A stretch of DNA of 60,950 nt, the filler included, from Platydemus manokwari (taxonomy: Eukaryota), in the NCBI GenBank assembly GCA_037951405.1. It is 5 parts of 5 records of this genome, joined end to end, with 100 filler letters (N's around TTAATTAATTAA, not from the genome) between each part and the next. Parts side by side here need not be neighbours in the genome. Positions count along the whole stretch, not along the records: positions 36,369 to 47,267 come from JBBMOY011073298.1; positions 47,368 to 60,950 come from JBBMOY011680289.1; 3 more parts are not named here. One strand, written 5' to 3'. The position numbers and the translations under genes were made by a program. This document shows, piece after piece, positions 39,401 to 51,860 of the stretch (position 1 is its first letter; every line of letters starts with the position of its first letter). Under the pieces are notes generated by a model. It was not told the DNA's origin and made no database searches. It worked only from the letters and a program-made list of their open reading frames with translations.

Positions 39401-42400
39401 GAACAGGGCAAGAAGCTCAAAAAACGATACGCTGTGTTTAATTTCGACGATTCTCTCGCCGAACTGAAGGGTTTTGAGGTGAAACGAAATGGCGAGTTGA
39501 ATCTGATCAAGATCTTTCAATCATCGGTGTTCGAGGCGTTCTTGAAAGGGTCGACATTGGAACAGGTTTATGAATCTGTTGCAACGGTGGCTGATTATTG
39601 GTTGGATTTATTGCATTCACGGGCCACGACAATCACCGATGAGGAATTGTTTGAGCTCATCTCGGAAAAACGATGCATGTCGAGGAAACTGGAGGATTAT
39701 GGCAATCAAAAATCGACATCAATAAGCACAGCTCGACGATTGGCTGAATTTCTCGGTGATGAAATGGTTAAAGATGCCGGATTGTCGTTTAAATTTATCA
39801 TATCGAAGAAACCTGAAGGTCAGCAAGTGACTGATCGAGCAATTCCTGTCGCTATTTTCCAGGCCGAAGAATCCGTCAAGCGATTCTATCTCGGTAAATG
39901 GCTGAAATCGAAAGAGATGCAAGAATTCGACATCAGAAATATATTGGATTGGGATTATTATATTAATCGATTCAACAGTAACATTCAGAAGATCATCACC
40001 ATACCAGCAGCTCTACAACACGTCTCCAATCCTGTACCACGTGTGCCTCATCCCGATTGGTTGCACAAAAAACTAATGGAAAAGGATGACGCATTCAAAC
40101 AGAAGAGAATCGATCAAATGTTTCAGCCAATCACAAGACAGCAAGCTGATGTTGAAATGAGCAAGAAATTTATCGATATTGAGAATTGTGTCGTTCGGCC
40201 TAAAACCGTGGCCACATTGAAACGATCTCGTCACAGCACCGCCAATGCTGTCGATACATATGGATTGCAATTGGATATGGATAATCTTCCGAGAAATTGG
40301 AAAGAACATTTGGGCTCACCGGTCAAGAAGGGAACAACAATGGAACAGTTGAGGAATTGGCTACATTTTCACAAACAGAAATGGGCATTACAATTCATTA
40401 TCAATAAACATGTATCAGATAAAGAGAACAATGGTGCCGTTATGGTGCCACAAGCCAAACGAGCTAGATTAATGATGGCGAATAAAGGAGATGGCAAAAC
40501 ATTATCACTGCAGACCAATATCGCATCTTTTCTCATCAAAACAAAACAATCAATATTAGAGGACACCTGGGAAATCATTCAGATATCAGATACCTCTACT
40601 CCTGGATTATATCGATTATGGGTTCTGATTGGTCAGGATTTGCATTGTATGAAATTATCGGTATTGAGAACATTTTATGTCAACACAAGGATTGCCAAAG
40701 AGGCCGGTGAGAACCTCTATTACAAGAAGGTCCATAAATTGCTGCCACGTTCCCATGTGGTTCATCACTTGTACCAGTATAGCATTGATGAGCCCACTTT
40801 CATGAAATACGAGTCAGACATCATGTCGGAATTCGCCAAGAATGAAGTCGAAGGTGTGTATGAACTCAAAGTTCCCTTAATGTTTCGAGCTCTCTCAAAG
40901 CTGGGCTGTATGTGCACAATCGATAAAACGAGTTTTGACCAACAGAAATCAGTGGAATTTCTTCAAAATAATACCAACCCGACGTTCCAATTGAATGAGC
41001 TCAAGCTCCGCTCAACATCTCAACACTCCTATTTAGCTTCCAACCAATTAAAAACATTGTTCCTGTACCAGCATAAAACAGTTCGTAACGAAATTGTATG
41101 CCTGTTCAATATTGGACAAAATCGAGCACATCTCTATCTGGTAGATCAGTCACGATCGATCAATAATGCCAATTATCTGAACAGAATTCAATCGATTTAT
41201 GCCAAGGAGAGGGAGTCATCATCGAGTGATATCCCAAATCAAATGGATTTCACAATCATATCAGAACAAAATTCAATGGCCGTGTTCAAAGGAATCAATA
41301 AACTGTTGCTAAGCTACAAGGCCGAAGTGAAAGCACCCACAATTGTTATATGTGACGCTTTGGAAATGCCATCTTCTGAGATATACAGCAACATCACTGC
41401 TTTGAACGAGTATCCACTGGTTACCATCAACCAATCAGAAAATGATATTTCGTTGAATATTCTTGATTGGCAAAGAGTGGCACTGAAATGTGCCATCAGA
41501 TCATTTGTGAGATATCAAAACACTCTGGAACAACAATTGGAACGAGCCCGATATCTGCACATACCTGTTGGCAATCTGACAGGATTTAATAATGATGAGA
41601 AAGGCATTGTTGCTAGTTGCGATATATTTTATGCTCGGTATCTTATGAAGAATGAACATGTTTTGTGGTGTAGCCAATCATCTGACCCGGATTTGGGAGG
41701 TAAAGAGACTGATGATCGTAGAATGATGCTTGTGGACAGCGAATCAGCAAGTGGTGTAATTCAGAGGAACAAGCCTGGATGTTACCCAGCCGTTTGTGTG
41801 CAGCTGGAATTAACCTATCTACCGATCAATACAATCATTGGAATGAATAAGATATCGGAAATCGATGGTACCAATGGTAGATTGTTTGAAACGACTGTTG
41901 CAGCATCGAAAACCATTGATCAAGTGATGCTGGATCCAAGGAAGAGAAATTTGAACTTGAATAACTCGATCAGCAAATATGATGACACAACAGCAGCCGG
42001 GCCAGCATTCCGGGTTTTGAGAAATATGATTTTGTCTTGGTTAAATGATGTGTGCCAATACAAGAATGCCATTGCTGATGAGCATATTGTTGGCTTTTAC
42101 AAATGGATGAGATCACCAACATCGTTACTTTATGATCCCGCCTTGTACAAGACACTCCAGAAACTGATGCGACAATCTTTCTTTAAGCTCATTGAACAGT
42201 TGAATAATTTGGGTGTCGAAGTAATATTTGCCAATCTTAGCAGTATAATCGTGTGTACCCGTCGCACAGATCTATTGGATGCTCTAACTCATGTCGAATA
42301 CGCAACGAAAACTGTGAGGATGCAAGAAATATTTAGCAATCTCGATTTCCAGTACGTGGCAAGCTGGGAATATCTGATATGGGCTGATCCCAACAATTAC

Positions 42401-43916
42401 AGTGGTATCAAGGCTGACTTGAACTCGATTTCGAACAGACAACCGAATGAAGATTTCTCCTTTGTCAATTTACCAATGTCTCAAAACTCGGAATTCATTG
42501 TGCCGATGGCCGATTCGAGCAGAGTTGACATTCGGTGGCATCTGTCGAGATATTTGTCACCGGCTAGTGGCATACAAATTCGGTTCATCGAGATATTGCA
42601 GCACTATATGCTCGCTAATTGGAGAATTATCCAGGAAGAATATCAATATTTGTCGGACCAATCGATACCAGAACGAATTGATGAACCAAGTGGCTCTGCC
42701 AAGGGATCTGATTCGTCGAAATATCCAATGACCTTGAAAAGAATCGATGAATTTCTCAAAGGCGAAGTGGCACACAAATTATATTCGCTGGTCTCCCAAC
42801 TGAAAGAAGTCCCGCGACTTTGTAAAGAAGTATTTTTGAATGAAAACTTGGAAGAACCGCCATTATTGCCACTGAAGAACAAATTGGCGCGATATCCATT
42901 GGCGGATCTGGTGAAATTGATTTGCTATGTAAGGCTAAATATTTATATGACTAGAAATGGGGGCTGAGTGGGGCAATTCCAATGTTCTATTTTATCCGAT
43001 AATTATTTATGAGTTTTATTATTTGTATGTAGCTCTGTGTTATTGATTTATTCTAAATTGTTATCGATTGAAATGTTCATCTCTTTACCATCCATGCTAT
43101 CGTGGAGTGTTTGTTAGTGTTATTTTGAGTTCTGCTGTTCCCTCTCATCTCTAATCAATAATTTGTATCGATAATTTATTAAATGTGATTCCATTATTAT
43201 TGATTATATTTCCTGCTTGTCAGATACTCTCTCTTGATGAGGTCACCCATGATTACATCAATGATTGGCGACGAAATATGTTCAAAATTATCGGCACATG
43301 CGAGTTCTCTGAAACGGCTCAATGGAATTCCCCATATGCCAGAGATGAGCCAATCATCAATCGAGATAAAATTTCAAGGAACGATTTGATAATCATGGTG
43401 TCAGAGTTGATCTGCAACCATTGCAACATGACCCGTGATCTGGATCTCTGTCGAGATCCGTTCCGTATCCGAAAGAGAAACAGGTGAGTCATTCTTAACA
43501 TAGGTGTTTGTGGTTGTTAATGGCAACCAGTGATCCCACATCATTATCAATGATTTCTCAAGCCATTGATTGGTTTACTTAATTTTTCTTTATTTTTTAG
43601 CTGGTGGTTTGCTTGTCCGGGCTGCGAGAATCTGTACGACAAGAACGTAATCGAGAACAATCTTGTGGATCAAGTGAATGGTTTGATGGAAGCAGCGATA
43701 TTACAGGACCTTAAATGCTCCAAATGTTATAAAGGCATCCTCGAGACATCTCTGGCTGGATCGAAGAACTGCAAAGCATGTGGTGCAACCATTGTGGGTA
43801 CTCGCAATGCAGACTTGTTGCGTCAACAAATATCGGTTTATTGCGATATCGGCAAACAATATGACATGTTGGGGTTGAGGTGCACTTCGGAATGGATTTT
43901 GGGAAATTCTTTGTAG
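36464..43916 (+). CDS. POLE: DNA polymerase epsilon catalytic subunit A
   Basis: Exons: putative 36464-36469 (ATGAAG, start uncertain), 36569-42928, 43224-43483, 43601-43916, GT-AG and in phase. ExoI AYDIETTKLPLKFP, ExoII TYNGDFFDW, ExoIII YSVSDAVAT, motif A HLDVAAMYPN, CysX CSACDF..KC, motif B HKCILNSFYGY, motif C ELDTDGIW, inactive C-terminal half (PDLGGKETDD), and two terminal Cys clusters. Confidence 0.98.
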
Positions 43917-44048
43917 ATTATTAGATATTGTATTGATTTATTGATTGTTACCTACTACAGATAATTGTTACTACAAGTGTTTATCAGTAATATATTTTCC
44001 TTTCTTTGTTATTCCATTCTTTTCACCCTAGAATCGCATGTCATAATC

Positions 44049-44054
44049 AATAAA
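44049..44054 (+). terminator. Putative polyadenylation signal AATAAA of POLE
   Basis: First AATAAA I could see after the stop codon, ~130 bp downstream. Confidence 0.45.
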
Positions 44055-44079
44055 TGATAAACTGTTTCATTATCTATAG

Positions 44080-44576
44080 CAGTAATTCCAAAACTTTTCG
44101 GGTGTACCGCCCCCTATTCAGAACAAATATTACTTAGCGCCCCCAAACTAACTCACCAAATTTTTTTAACTTTTAGTTGCAATTTATTAAAAAATCCTAA
44201 TGTCACAATCTTCTGTTACTTAATTTTAACTTTTCGTAGTATCACAACAAACTAATCTTTCTTTTAGTTTTGTCTCGGTTAATCATTACGGGGAACCCCA
44301 GAAATACTACCAGACTTCAGCGTTGCAAGCGACAAAGCGCACAAGCAGTGGCATTGAGTGCGCAATTACACATACACAAAATAGTGAGAACGTACAGTAC
44401 GTTGTTTAAAGATAAATTAAGCGTTTTGAGCAAACGAGATACATCAAAATTTTTAATAATCATTTTCTTATATTCTTGTAGTATTATCGCCCTCAAATGG
44501 GCTGGTATTCACCATCGACCCTTTGGATCCTTGCAGCGCTCACTAGGGGCGGTAGCGCCCGCTTTGGGAATCACTG
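44080..44576. mobile_element. Non-autonomous hAT (Buster/Charlie-type) MITE
   Basis: TIRs CAGTAATTCCAAAACT ... GCTTTGGGAATCACTG; perfect 8-bp TSD ATCTATAG (44072-44079 and 44577-44584); GC-rich subterminal CGCCCC/GGGGCG motifs. Confidence 0.92.
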
Positions 44577-45336
44577 ATCTATAGTTAAAAGTTTTTAATT
44601 TATTTTATATAAAAATTGTACTCATAGACCATTGGATAGAAATTTTGAAATATTTGTAAGAATATGATTGATTTTATAATTACCTGATATGATTTTACCG
44701 CGACAAGTGTGCTCATATTATCATTTTGAAATTCAAATTATCAAAATTATTTGACAACCTACTAAAGGTTACAATAACTATATTCAAAACTGTGCAAGTA
44801 AAAATTGGTCGATAAACAGGCTACAAGCCTAAACCCACATTCCCACTATTGATTAAATTGTATGGTTCATTAATTAATGGCTCAAATGATGGGTTAAACA
44901 GTAATGACTGCAAATAAAATGTGTCAGTGAGGAATTTGCAGGGATTTTATTAAGTAATTTATTGAGGAGAATTTGAAATTTGTTTGGAGATAATTGAGCA
45001 CAAATGGTATGATTAATTCTAATAATTATATGGGCATAATCAGTTTATATTCTTGAAAACAGAGACCAAGGGAAAATTCGTCAAAATCTATTTGCGAAAC
45101 AAATTGCTTGTTAGAGCTGTAATCAAATGAGAAAATCGCGTTTCAAGTTCAAAATATGATAAAAAATTATATTTGGAGATTTGGCACGAATTCAAGATCA
45201 AACTCATTATATGCTGCTCTAGGATGATGGAGGTAAAATAAATGTGAAAGCAATTCAATTCTTTAACGTTAATGAGAATAAGCAAGAGGATTCCCCAATT
45301 TTCTCAATAGCCAATTTTCATACACGATTAAGTGGC

Positions 45337-45779
45337 TGTAAAAACGGAGGCGTGATTACATAATAAATAAAACACATTAACTTAAACTGAATTGGAGAAT
45401 GAGTTGTAGACAAGATGCAAACCGACTGACCTGCTTGTAAAGATAGGGATGTAGCAAAAGAAATGAGTAGGCTACCAGTGTAAGCATCTAGTAACTACTG
45501 GGCACATTAGGTGAGCTAAATAGGGAATATTTTCAAAGAAATCACGACGCTTGGAACCTTGAGCCGAGGATTTTATAATTTACACAGATGCCCATCTGCA
45601 CAGTCTCACATGCATGTTAAGGTACCAATCAGAGGTAATATAGACTAAATATTTCAATTTCAAAAGGGAGACGAGGGGGCAGAAGCACCTTCTCGGATGA
45701 ATATCATAAAAATTCAATAGACCCATTTGGAATAGTAAAAATAGAACATCAAATACAAGCTTGACACAAAACACTTACA
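45337..45779. mobile_element. Possible solo LTR
   Basis: GC-elevated block bounded by TGTAA...TTACA; no TSD seen. Confidence 0.25.
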
Positions 45780-46121
45780 AACTATTATAAATTACAATGA
45801 AAAGTTAACCTACTGGTAATTGTAAGAGGATTAGTGTGGAATATGCTACTATTAAATAATAAGTAGAAACTGAAAAAAATTTCACTTTACATATTTGGTT
45901 TTGATATACTATCATGGATGACACATCAACGATTAAAGATACGAGAACTTTAAAAAAACATAACAAGGATATACTAGTAGAAATATAAATTAATAATATT
46001 AAGAAAAAGGGTCTGATGTCGAACTGATTTTTATAACTATCCAGCTCAAGTGGGTAAAAGGTAACAGTGGTAAAAAAATTCTCATTGTGTTATATCCATA
46101 ACAATTTTGGAGTCTGTTTTC

Positions 46122-46200
46122 GTTATTATTATTAATATTATTATCATTATTATTGTTATTATTATTATCATTATAATTATCATTATTATTATCATTATTA
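46122..46200. repeat. (TTA)n/(TCA) microsatellite
   Basis: Imperfect trinucleotide run; explains the poly-Asn ORF 45999-46232. Confidence 0.9.
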
Positions 46201-47267
46201 GTGATCTGTGCTCCGGCTTTCAAAAGACTCACGATTAGTAATTAATCTTAATGTTTGATGCCCTTTCGTCTCGGTCGTTTCCAAAACTGGAATGGAAACG
46301 AGTTGCCGGCACTATACACTGCAATATCTGTTTGGAACTGTTTTTCAATAGTCTAGCCCTAAACAGCACGACTTTTATTTGCCGAAAAGTTATGTTTTTA
46401 AATTTATTTCATTCGTATTCTTAAACAATGAACACCGAATATATTATATTGTGCAATACTGTTATACTGGCAAGAATTTTAATCACAATTTCTGGAATTT
46501 GGCAGTTAACAATTTCCAAGGAGACTAAAACCATTAACACAAGATATTTGGGATTGACCTGATAAATGGGGATAATATATGATTATTATGAATATGGTAA
46601 CGTGCGATTGGGAATATACAGATTTCAGATTCTCTATAGAAATGACTTTCTCCATTAGATCATAATCAGGATTTAAGCTATTAATTATCTCGTCACCCGT
46701 AGATATTCTCTACAATTTTTATTTAATGTACTACAATTTATTAAAGTAATGCTCGAAAGTATTGCTAAATAATAGAGCCAATACAATGTCATTGTAAGCT
46801 CTATAATAAGTTACAATCCCTTAGATCGTGTGATTTTTACAACAAAAATTGGAGCGAATTTTATCAGCTAAATTAGTAACGTGCTCACCCATAACCGTTA
46901 AGTTAAGGTAAAACACCAAAAATGCAAAAACCAACACCATCAATTAGAATGCAATCTAAAACAGCTAATACGGTTGGCGAAAATTTTGGGCCAATCTATT
47001 TTAAGTCTGACAGAGATAACTAGTCGAAGAAACACCTAGGTAATAAAAATTATTCTAAACCACACACCAGCGTACCAAGCATCACAATCATAAAACTAAA
47101 TAATATCTCCATCTATCTTATATATTAATATTTATCATATTAGAGTATTAATATCTATACGCACAGTAAACTGCTTTTTTCAATGGTGTCTTTTAATGGA
47201 ATTTAGTTATTAAATATGTATTTTTTAAGTTGTTGGAGTAGATATATGTTAAGATAATTCTACCAAT

Positions 47268-47367
47268 NNNNNNNNNNNNNNNNNNNNNNNNNNNNNNNNN
47301 NNNNNNNNNNNTTAATTAATTAANNNNNNNNNNNNNNNNNNNNNNNNNNNNNNNNNNNNNNNNNNNN
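47268..47367. other. Assembly spacer (N44-TTAATTAATTAA-N44)
   Basis: Same artificial linker. Confidence 0.97.
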
Positions 47368-47699
47368 ATTTATCTACAATTTAAAGACTAAAAATAAGGT
47401 TCTAAACAGAATAAATAATTTAAGAAAGATTAAACAAAAACTTGATTGAATCTAATTACTTTTGATTTTATGTGTTCTTTAGATTTCTGTTCATTTTATT
47501 ATATGTATTTAATAATTTTAAGAATTGTCCTCGATCATTTTCTATATTTTTGCCTGTTTTTATCTTCTTGACTTCTTTAAAAGTTCCATTCCTTTTTCAT
47601 TATATTTTTTTCCAAAAGGTGTCGGGCTATTCTTGTATAATGTTGGGAACATCCACCTAACACATTACAAATAATTAGTAACACATTATAAGTATTAAA

Positions 47700-48230
47700 T
47701 CATTGGTTGTTGCATAAGTTGCAATGGTTTTTTAAACATGCATTTTAAACAAGAAATCATATAATTTTAACATGAAAAATAATAACACTTCAATCAATTA
47801 TGTACTCCTTTTAATTGTTCGCTATTTCTACTTAATTTTCCACTAGTTTGTTGACATCATATCCCTAGAAATCCTTAGATCGAGTCTCGAAGACGTTATT
47901 GAGTTAATTCTCAAAATAATTCTGATTTTCGAAACTAGGACCCTTCATCTTATTTGAAAGATAGCCTGAATAGATGGTAATTGTTAATGCTGATGACTGG
48001 AGAATAGGGAGGATGTTGAAAGACCTATCAATCGAGCTTTTAGATTGCAGTCTTCAAGGTTTTTGCGGTGTGTGGTCTAGCATTGTCATGAAGGAGAATA
48101 ACTTGGACAGATCGATCCGTTCTTTTTTGCTGAATTGTCTCATTGACACGATTCAATTGAAATTTATAAAGATTCTTCTCTACTGCTATGTTCTTTCCAA
48201 GCATTTCTCATAATATTTTTTAAAATCATT
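47700..48230 (-). mobile_element. mariner transposon, 3' fragment (defective catalytic domain plus TIR)
   Basis: The minus strand encodes VILLHDNARPHTAK and VFQHPPYSP...YH (mariner HDNARPH and HPPYSPDLAPSDY motifs, frameshifted). TIR-like TTGGTTGTTGCATAAGTT at ~47703. Confidence 0.88.
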
Positions 48231-48339
48231 TCATAAGATGTGCATGGGATAAATATTCAATTTTTATTGGTTGTTTTTGTTCATCATTTTTTATAAATAT
48301 TTAAAAATCAATTCAAACAATAAACAGTAAAATCTCAGC

Positions 48340-49242
48340 ATGAAAAATTCTTCTAATCAATCATCATCCATACTTGTTGCTTTTCAGTCAACGGTCCTAT
48401 GCACAGGATTTATATTTAATATCTGGAGTAAGATTATTGTTTATAAATATAAAATTTTTCCTTCTCAATTTACCAAAAATACAACCACAAATCAATTTTT
48501 ATTCGATGGTGTGATCTGTTTTCTTTCGCTTTTAATCATTTTGATAAAATATGAGTTTAAAAATAATATTTTTGGAATTATCTTATGTCATCTTTGGGAG
48601 AGCCAAGCAATATTTTGGACGTTTTGCACTCTCAGTAATCAAAATCTTGTATGGATTACAATCGATCGATATTTCGCAGTTTGTCTACCGATTCTGTATA
48701 ATTCAAAACGATATCAATTGACAATTGCTTACGGAATTCTTCTTTCTATTTCTAGCATATTAGTGTTCTTTAGTCATATATTTATTGATGAGATCAGAAA
48801 CAATAGTTGTGTGATCATTTCATCGAAGCAAAATGGATTGTACTTGACAATAGTTTTTGGATATTCATTAATAAATTACTTCATTCCAATTTTAATTTTT
48901 ATTATTTGTTTCTCTAAAGTTTTTATCAAATTAAAATCCATGAAAAGAGATTTGGAAATTAACGAGAACTTTCGCAATTCAACCATAACTTACACTATTG
49001 CTAGTTTCATTAATGTTTCCCTGTTCGTGGCATTATTATTGATGGATAACATAGTGGCAATCTTATTCAGTTTCAGCAAAATTTCACTTGATGCGTTCAG
49101 AAAAATACAGCCCATTGCAATATTTCTGGTCAGTGTCAACAGTTCGATAAATCCTTTTGTCTATTTGATAGCCATAAAGAATTTCAGAAAATATTTCCTG
49201 TGTGAAATAAGAATATGTCACAATAATCGAGTTTCATCGTAA
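48340..49242 (+). CDS. Intronless orphan class A (rhodopsin-like) GPCR
   Basis: 300-aa ORF with seven hydrophobic segments, N-terminal NSS/NQS glycosylation sites, TM2 Asp, Cys at the top of TM3, ITIDRYFAV, TM5 Pro and NSSINPFVY followed by a helix-8-like KNFRKY. Confidence 0.92.
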   Translation: MKNSSNQSSSILVAFQSTVLCTGFIFNIWSKIIVYKYKIFPSQFTKNTTTNQFLFDGVICFLSLLIILIKYEFKNNIFGIILCHLWESQAIFWTFCTLSNQNLVWITIDRYFAVCLPILYNSKRYQLTIAYGILLSISSILVFFSHIFIDEIRNNSCVIISSKQNGLYLTIVFGYSLINYFIPILIFIICFSKVFIKLKSMKRDLEINENFRNSTITYTIASFINVSLFVALLLMDNIVAILFSFSKISLDAFRKIQPIAIFLVSVNSSINPFVYLIAIKNFRKYFLCEIRICHNNRVSS

Positions 49243-50829
49243 TTTTCTATGTATCTTGTTATGCACTGTGCACCTGAACTTTAATTTCTCAAAATTATAT
49301 TTATTTTATGTAATTTTTTAGGTTTTTGATAATGCACAGCATATTTTGCTAAAAATAATATCACAGTAAATATATTATATTTGATTTGTCAATTACAGAT
49401 GAAGTAATAATGTCATTTGTATTGTTTTGCCACAATTTATCCCACTGATATGAACTCAATACTTATCATAAGGATTAATAATTATTCATTTTCTTTAATA
49501 AATAACATCACATCACATAGAAAATAAATATAAATCAATAAATTAAAAAAATTATTTAACACAGTTCAAAATCAATAAATATGTTAAGATTAGTTTTGAA
49601 GATGTAATCAATATCCAAGTTCCTTACTTATAGATACAGTTTGAAATAGGTCACGACTTTGCGATTTATAAAGGAGCGATCCATTGTGATATTTGAACTA
49701 TTCTTAAAAAAAATAAGAGAATACTTGAATCCGGGAATCGAAGAGTCACACATCTGTTTACAAAAACAAAAAATTATTTCAAATACCCAGTCAGTCAATC
49801 AACACAGCTTTTATATGAATGTGATGACAAAAAAAGGAATTAAATATGTTGGAATAAGTGTTTTTGAAATTGTCTATATTTAAGCGTTAACAGGTTTGTA
49901 ATTATGATTAATAATCGATACAATTATTTTTTTAGTGGATTTATCATTATTGATAATTTAAATCACAATTAAGTGACTTATTGATTCGAGTTGATATGTG
50001 ATTCGTCTATCTAATGATTCTAATTAGTCCTGATCTAATCAAATACAGAAATGTATGTTTATAATCAATGTTTAAAAGCTATATGTATTTAATTCCATCA
50101 ATAATTTCCGGTTAATTCTATGAAATCATTCAAGTCAATACATCTATGATACCTGCATTGATACTTTAAAATCTTAATTCCTTCAAAATACTTCATTTTT
50201 AATGTTTTTGAGGACATTTTTATATTTCACTGTGAATGAGATTAATAAAATTATACTATTGAGTTGAAGCGAGAGAAAACAGTAAAAACTTATGAAAATC
50301 AAGAATAAATTATATAGTTACTTCTTTTGTCAGCACTGTTTTGTTTATATATTGTCACTGATGATAAATGACACCAATACATAGATGTGTGCATTCACGT
50401 GCATCTCATATGACGGAAATAAAATTATTCGGTTAATTCCATTAATTTGTCTGACTTCCAACAGTTTATGAAAGGTCAAGTTAAAATGATATTGATAACA
50501 TTGGTCTTAAATCTTTTGTTTTTCAAATAGCCCTTGGCATTACAGAAATTTAATCAAAATTGTCAATAAATCACTTTCAAATGTAGAGTACACCATTTTT
50601 GTAAAATTCTCAATTTTCTATATAAATATGGTCTCATTTACATAACAAATAGACATTATCTGTGAGTGACTAGGCAAGAATTTGACAAATAATGAATCCA
50701 GTTACATTTTTGTGACTTCTCTTTTAAATTATACAATTTAATTTTAGAATAAAATTCTGCTTTGTGATTTGTATGCAATGTTTTTTTCCTTATTAAAGAT
50801 ATGTGTTTTTAAATATATTTTTTACCCTA

Positions 50830-51860
50830 GTTACCATAATTTTTCCCTCAAGTTCATGAATAATGTTCCGATAAATATTTCAACATTCGTTAATTTCCAT
50901 TAGTCTTATTGAATAACAGAAACTTGGACTCTGAACGTGTAGTTTCTAAAATAAATGGTCACAATCTGTTGATTTTAACCTTATTGGTGAGTTTCATAAC
51001 CATTTTTAAGGTAAAAATTTCCTCGAGAATAGTCTGTACTGTGAATTTTATTGATACAAGGGAATTTTATAATATTTTGTTAACAAGAAATAAAATAAGA
51101 GTGGAGAACTGCGACTTTTCAAATTATCTGTTATTTTATATATACATGAATTTGTTTATAAAACGTTTATTTGGTTCAAGCATATAATTTCTACTGAATT
51201 ATGTTTAAGATTTTGACCTATATATATATAAATCCCCCTCTTGTTGTTTTTGAAATCCTTTTTAGCCATTCAATTATTCAAGGTTTTGGCTGTCCCTGAA
51301 AATTAAGAAGAACTTGATATGGACTTCAAAATTTCAAAATTTTGTGAGGACCTTCGTAACGATTTCCATTCTTCTTGATCTTGTGTGGTTCTTTCTTCAC
51401 TAAAACTTCTTCTCCAACTGTGAAAATTCTACAGCTTCTTTTTGATCATCGAATTTCTTTAAATTTGTGACTGTTGATTTTAACTGGTTTTCCGTTTCTT
51501 TGATGATCTGGTCGTGATGGCTTGGTTCATTTAATCGTAACCAATGCATTTTAATTCTTCGTCCAAACAATATTTCAAAAGGAGGATGTTGAATTTAACT
51601 TTGATATGTTGCATTGATGATGAATTCTATCCGCGGTGTTAATTTATTATAAGCCTGTTTCTCTGATGCCATCGTTGTTACCACCATGTTTCGAACCGTT
51701 CTAATAATCCTTTTGGCTAAGCCATTTGCCTGATGTTGGTTTGAGAAGTTAAGTTCTTCTTTTATTTCAAAACGTATTACTAATTCTTTCACTTCCCTTC
51801 CATCTGAGACTCTACTCATATCAGTAAGCATTGAGTTTTGGGCACTATATGCAACCAAAT
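50830..51860 (-). mobile_element. Ty3/Gypsy LTR retrotransposon remnant: integrase C-terminus, polypurine tract and probable 3' LTR
   Basis: Minus strand QHQANGLAKRIIRT (NG.AER motif with the catalytic Glu changed to Lys), PFEILFGR, VGEEVLVK...RYEGPHKI (GPY/F module), with stops and frameshifts. PPT AAGAGGGGGA at 51242-51233. The left boundary of the LTR is approximate. Confidence 0.85.

Noticed and set aside
37080-42882. Numerous 60-186-aa ORFs inside POLE
   Set aside because: Alternative-frame and antisense shadows expected within a long, GC-richer coding exon.
36671-42967. The 2,098-aa ORF as a viral, Polinton or horizontally acquired family B polymerase, or a proofreading-dead mutator
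   Set aside because: It has Pol epsilon-specific motifs, the inactive C-terminal half and spliceosomal introns, no adjacent integrase/capsid/ATPase, and intact exonuclease motifs (DIE, NGDFFD, YSVSD).
44270-44584. 104-aa ORF downstream of POLE
   Set aside because: Lies inside the hAT MITE, starts at TTG and has no transposase motif.
45999-46232. Poly-Asn ORF
   Set aside because: Produced by the (TTA)n microsatellite.
34780-48230. Two mariner halves flanking POLE as a composite transposon or one split element
   Set aside because: The halves are on opposite strands so their TIRs face the same way, and two assembly gaps separate them.
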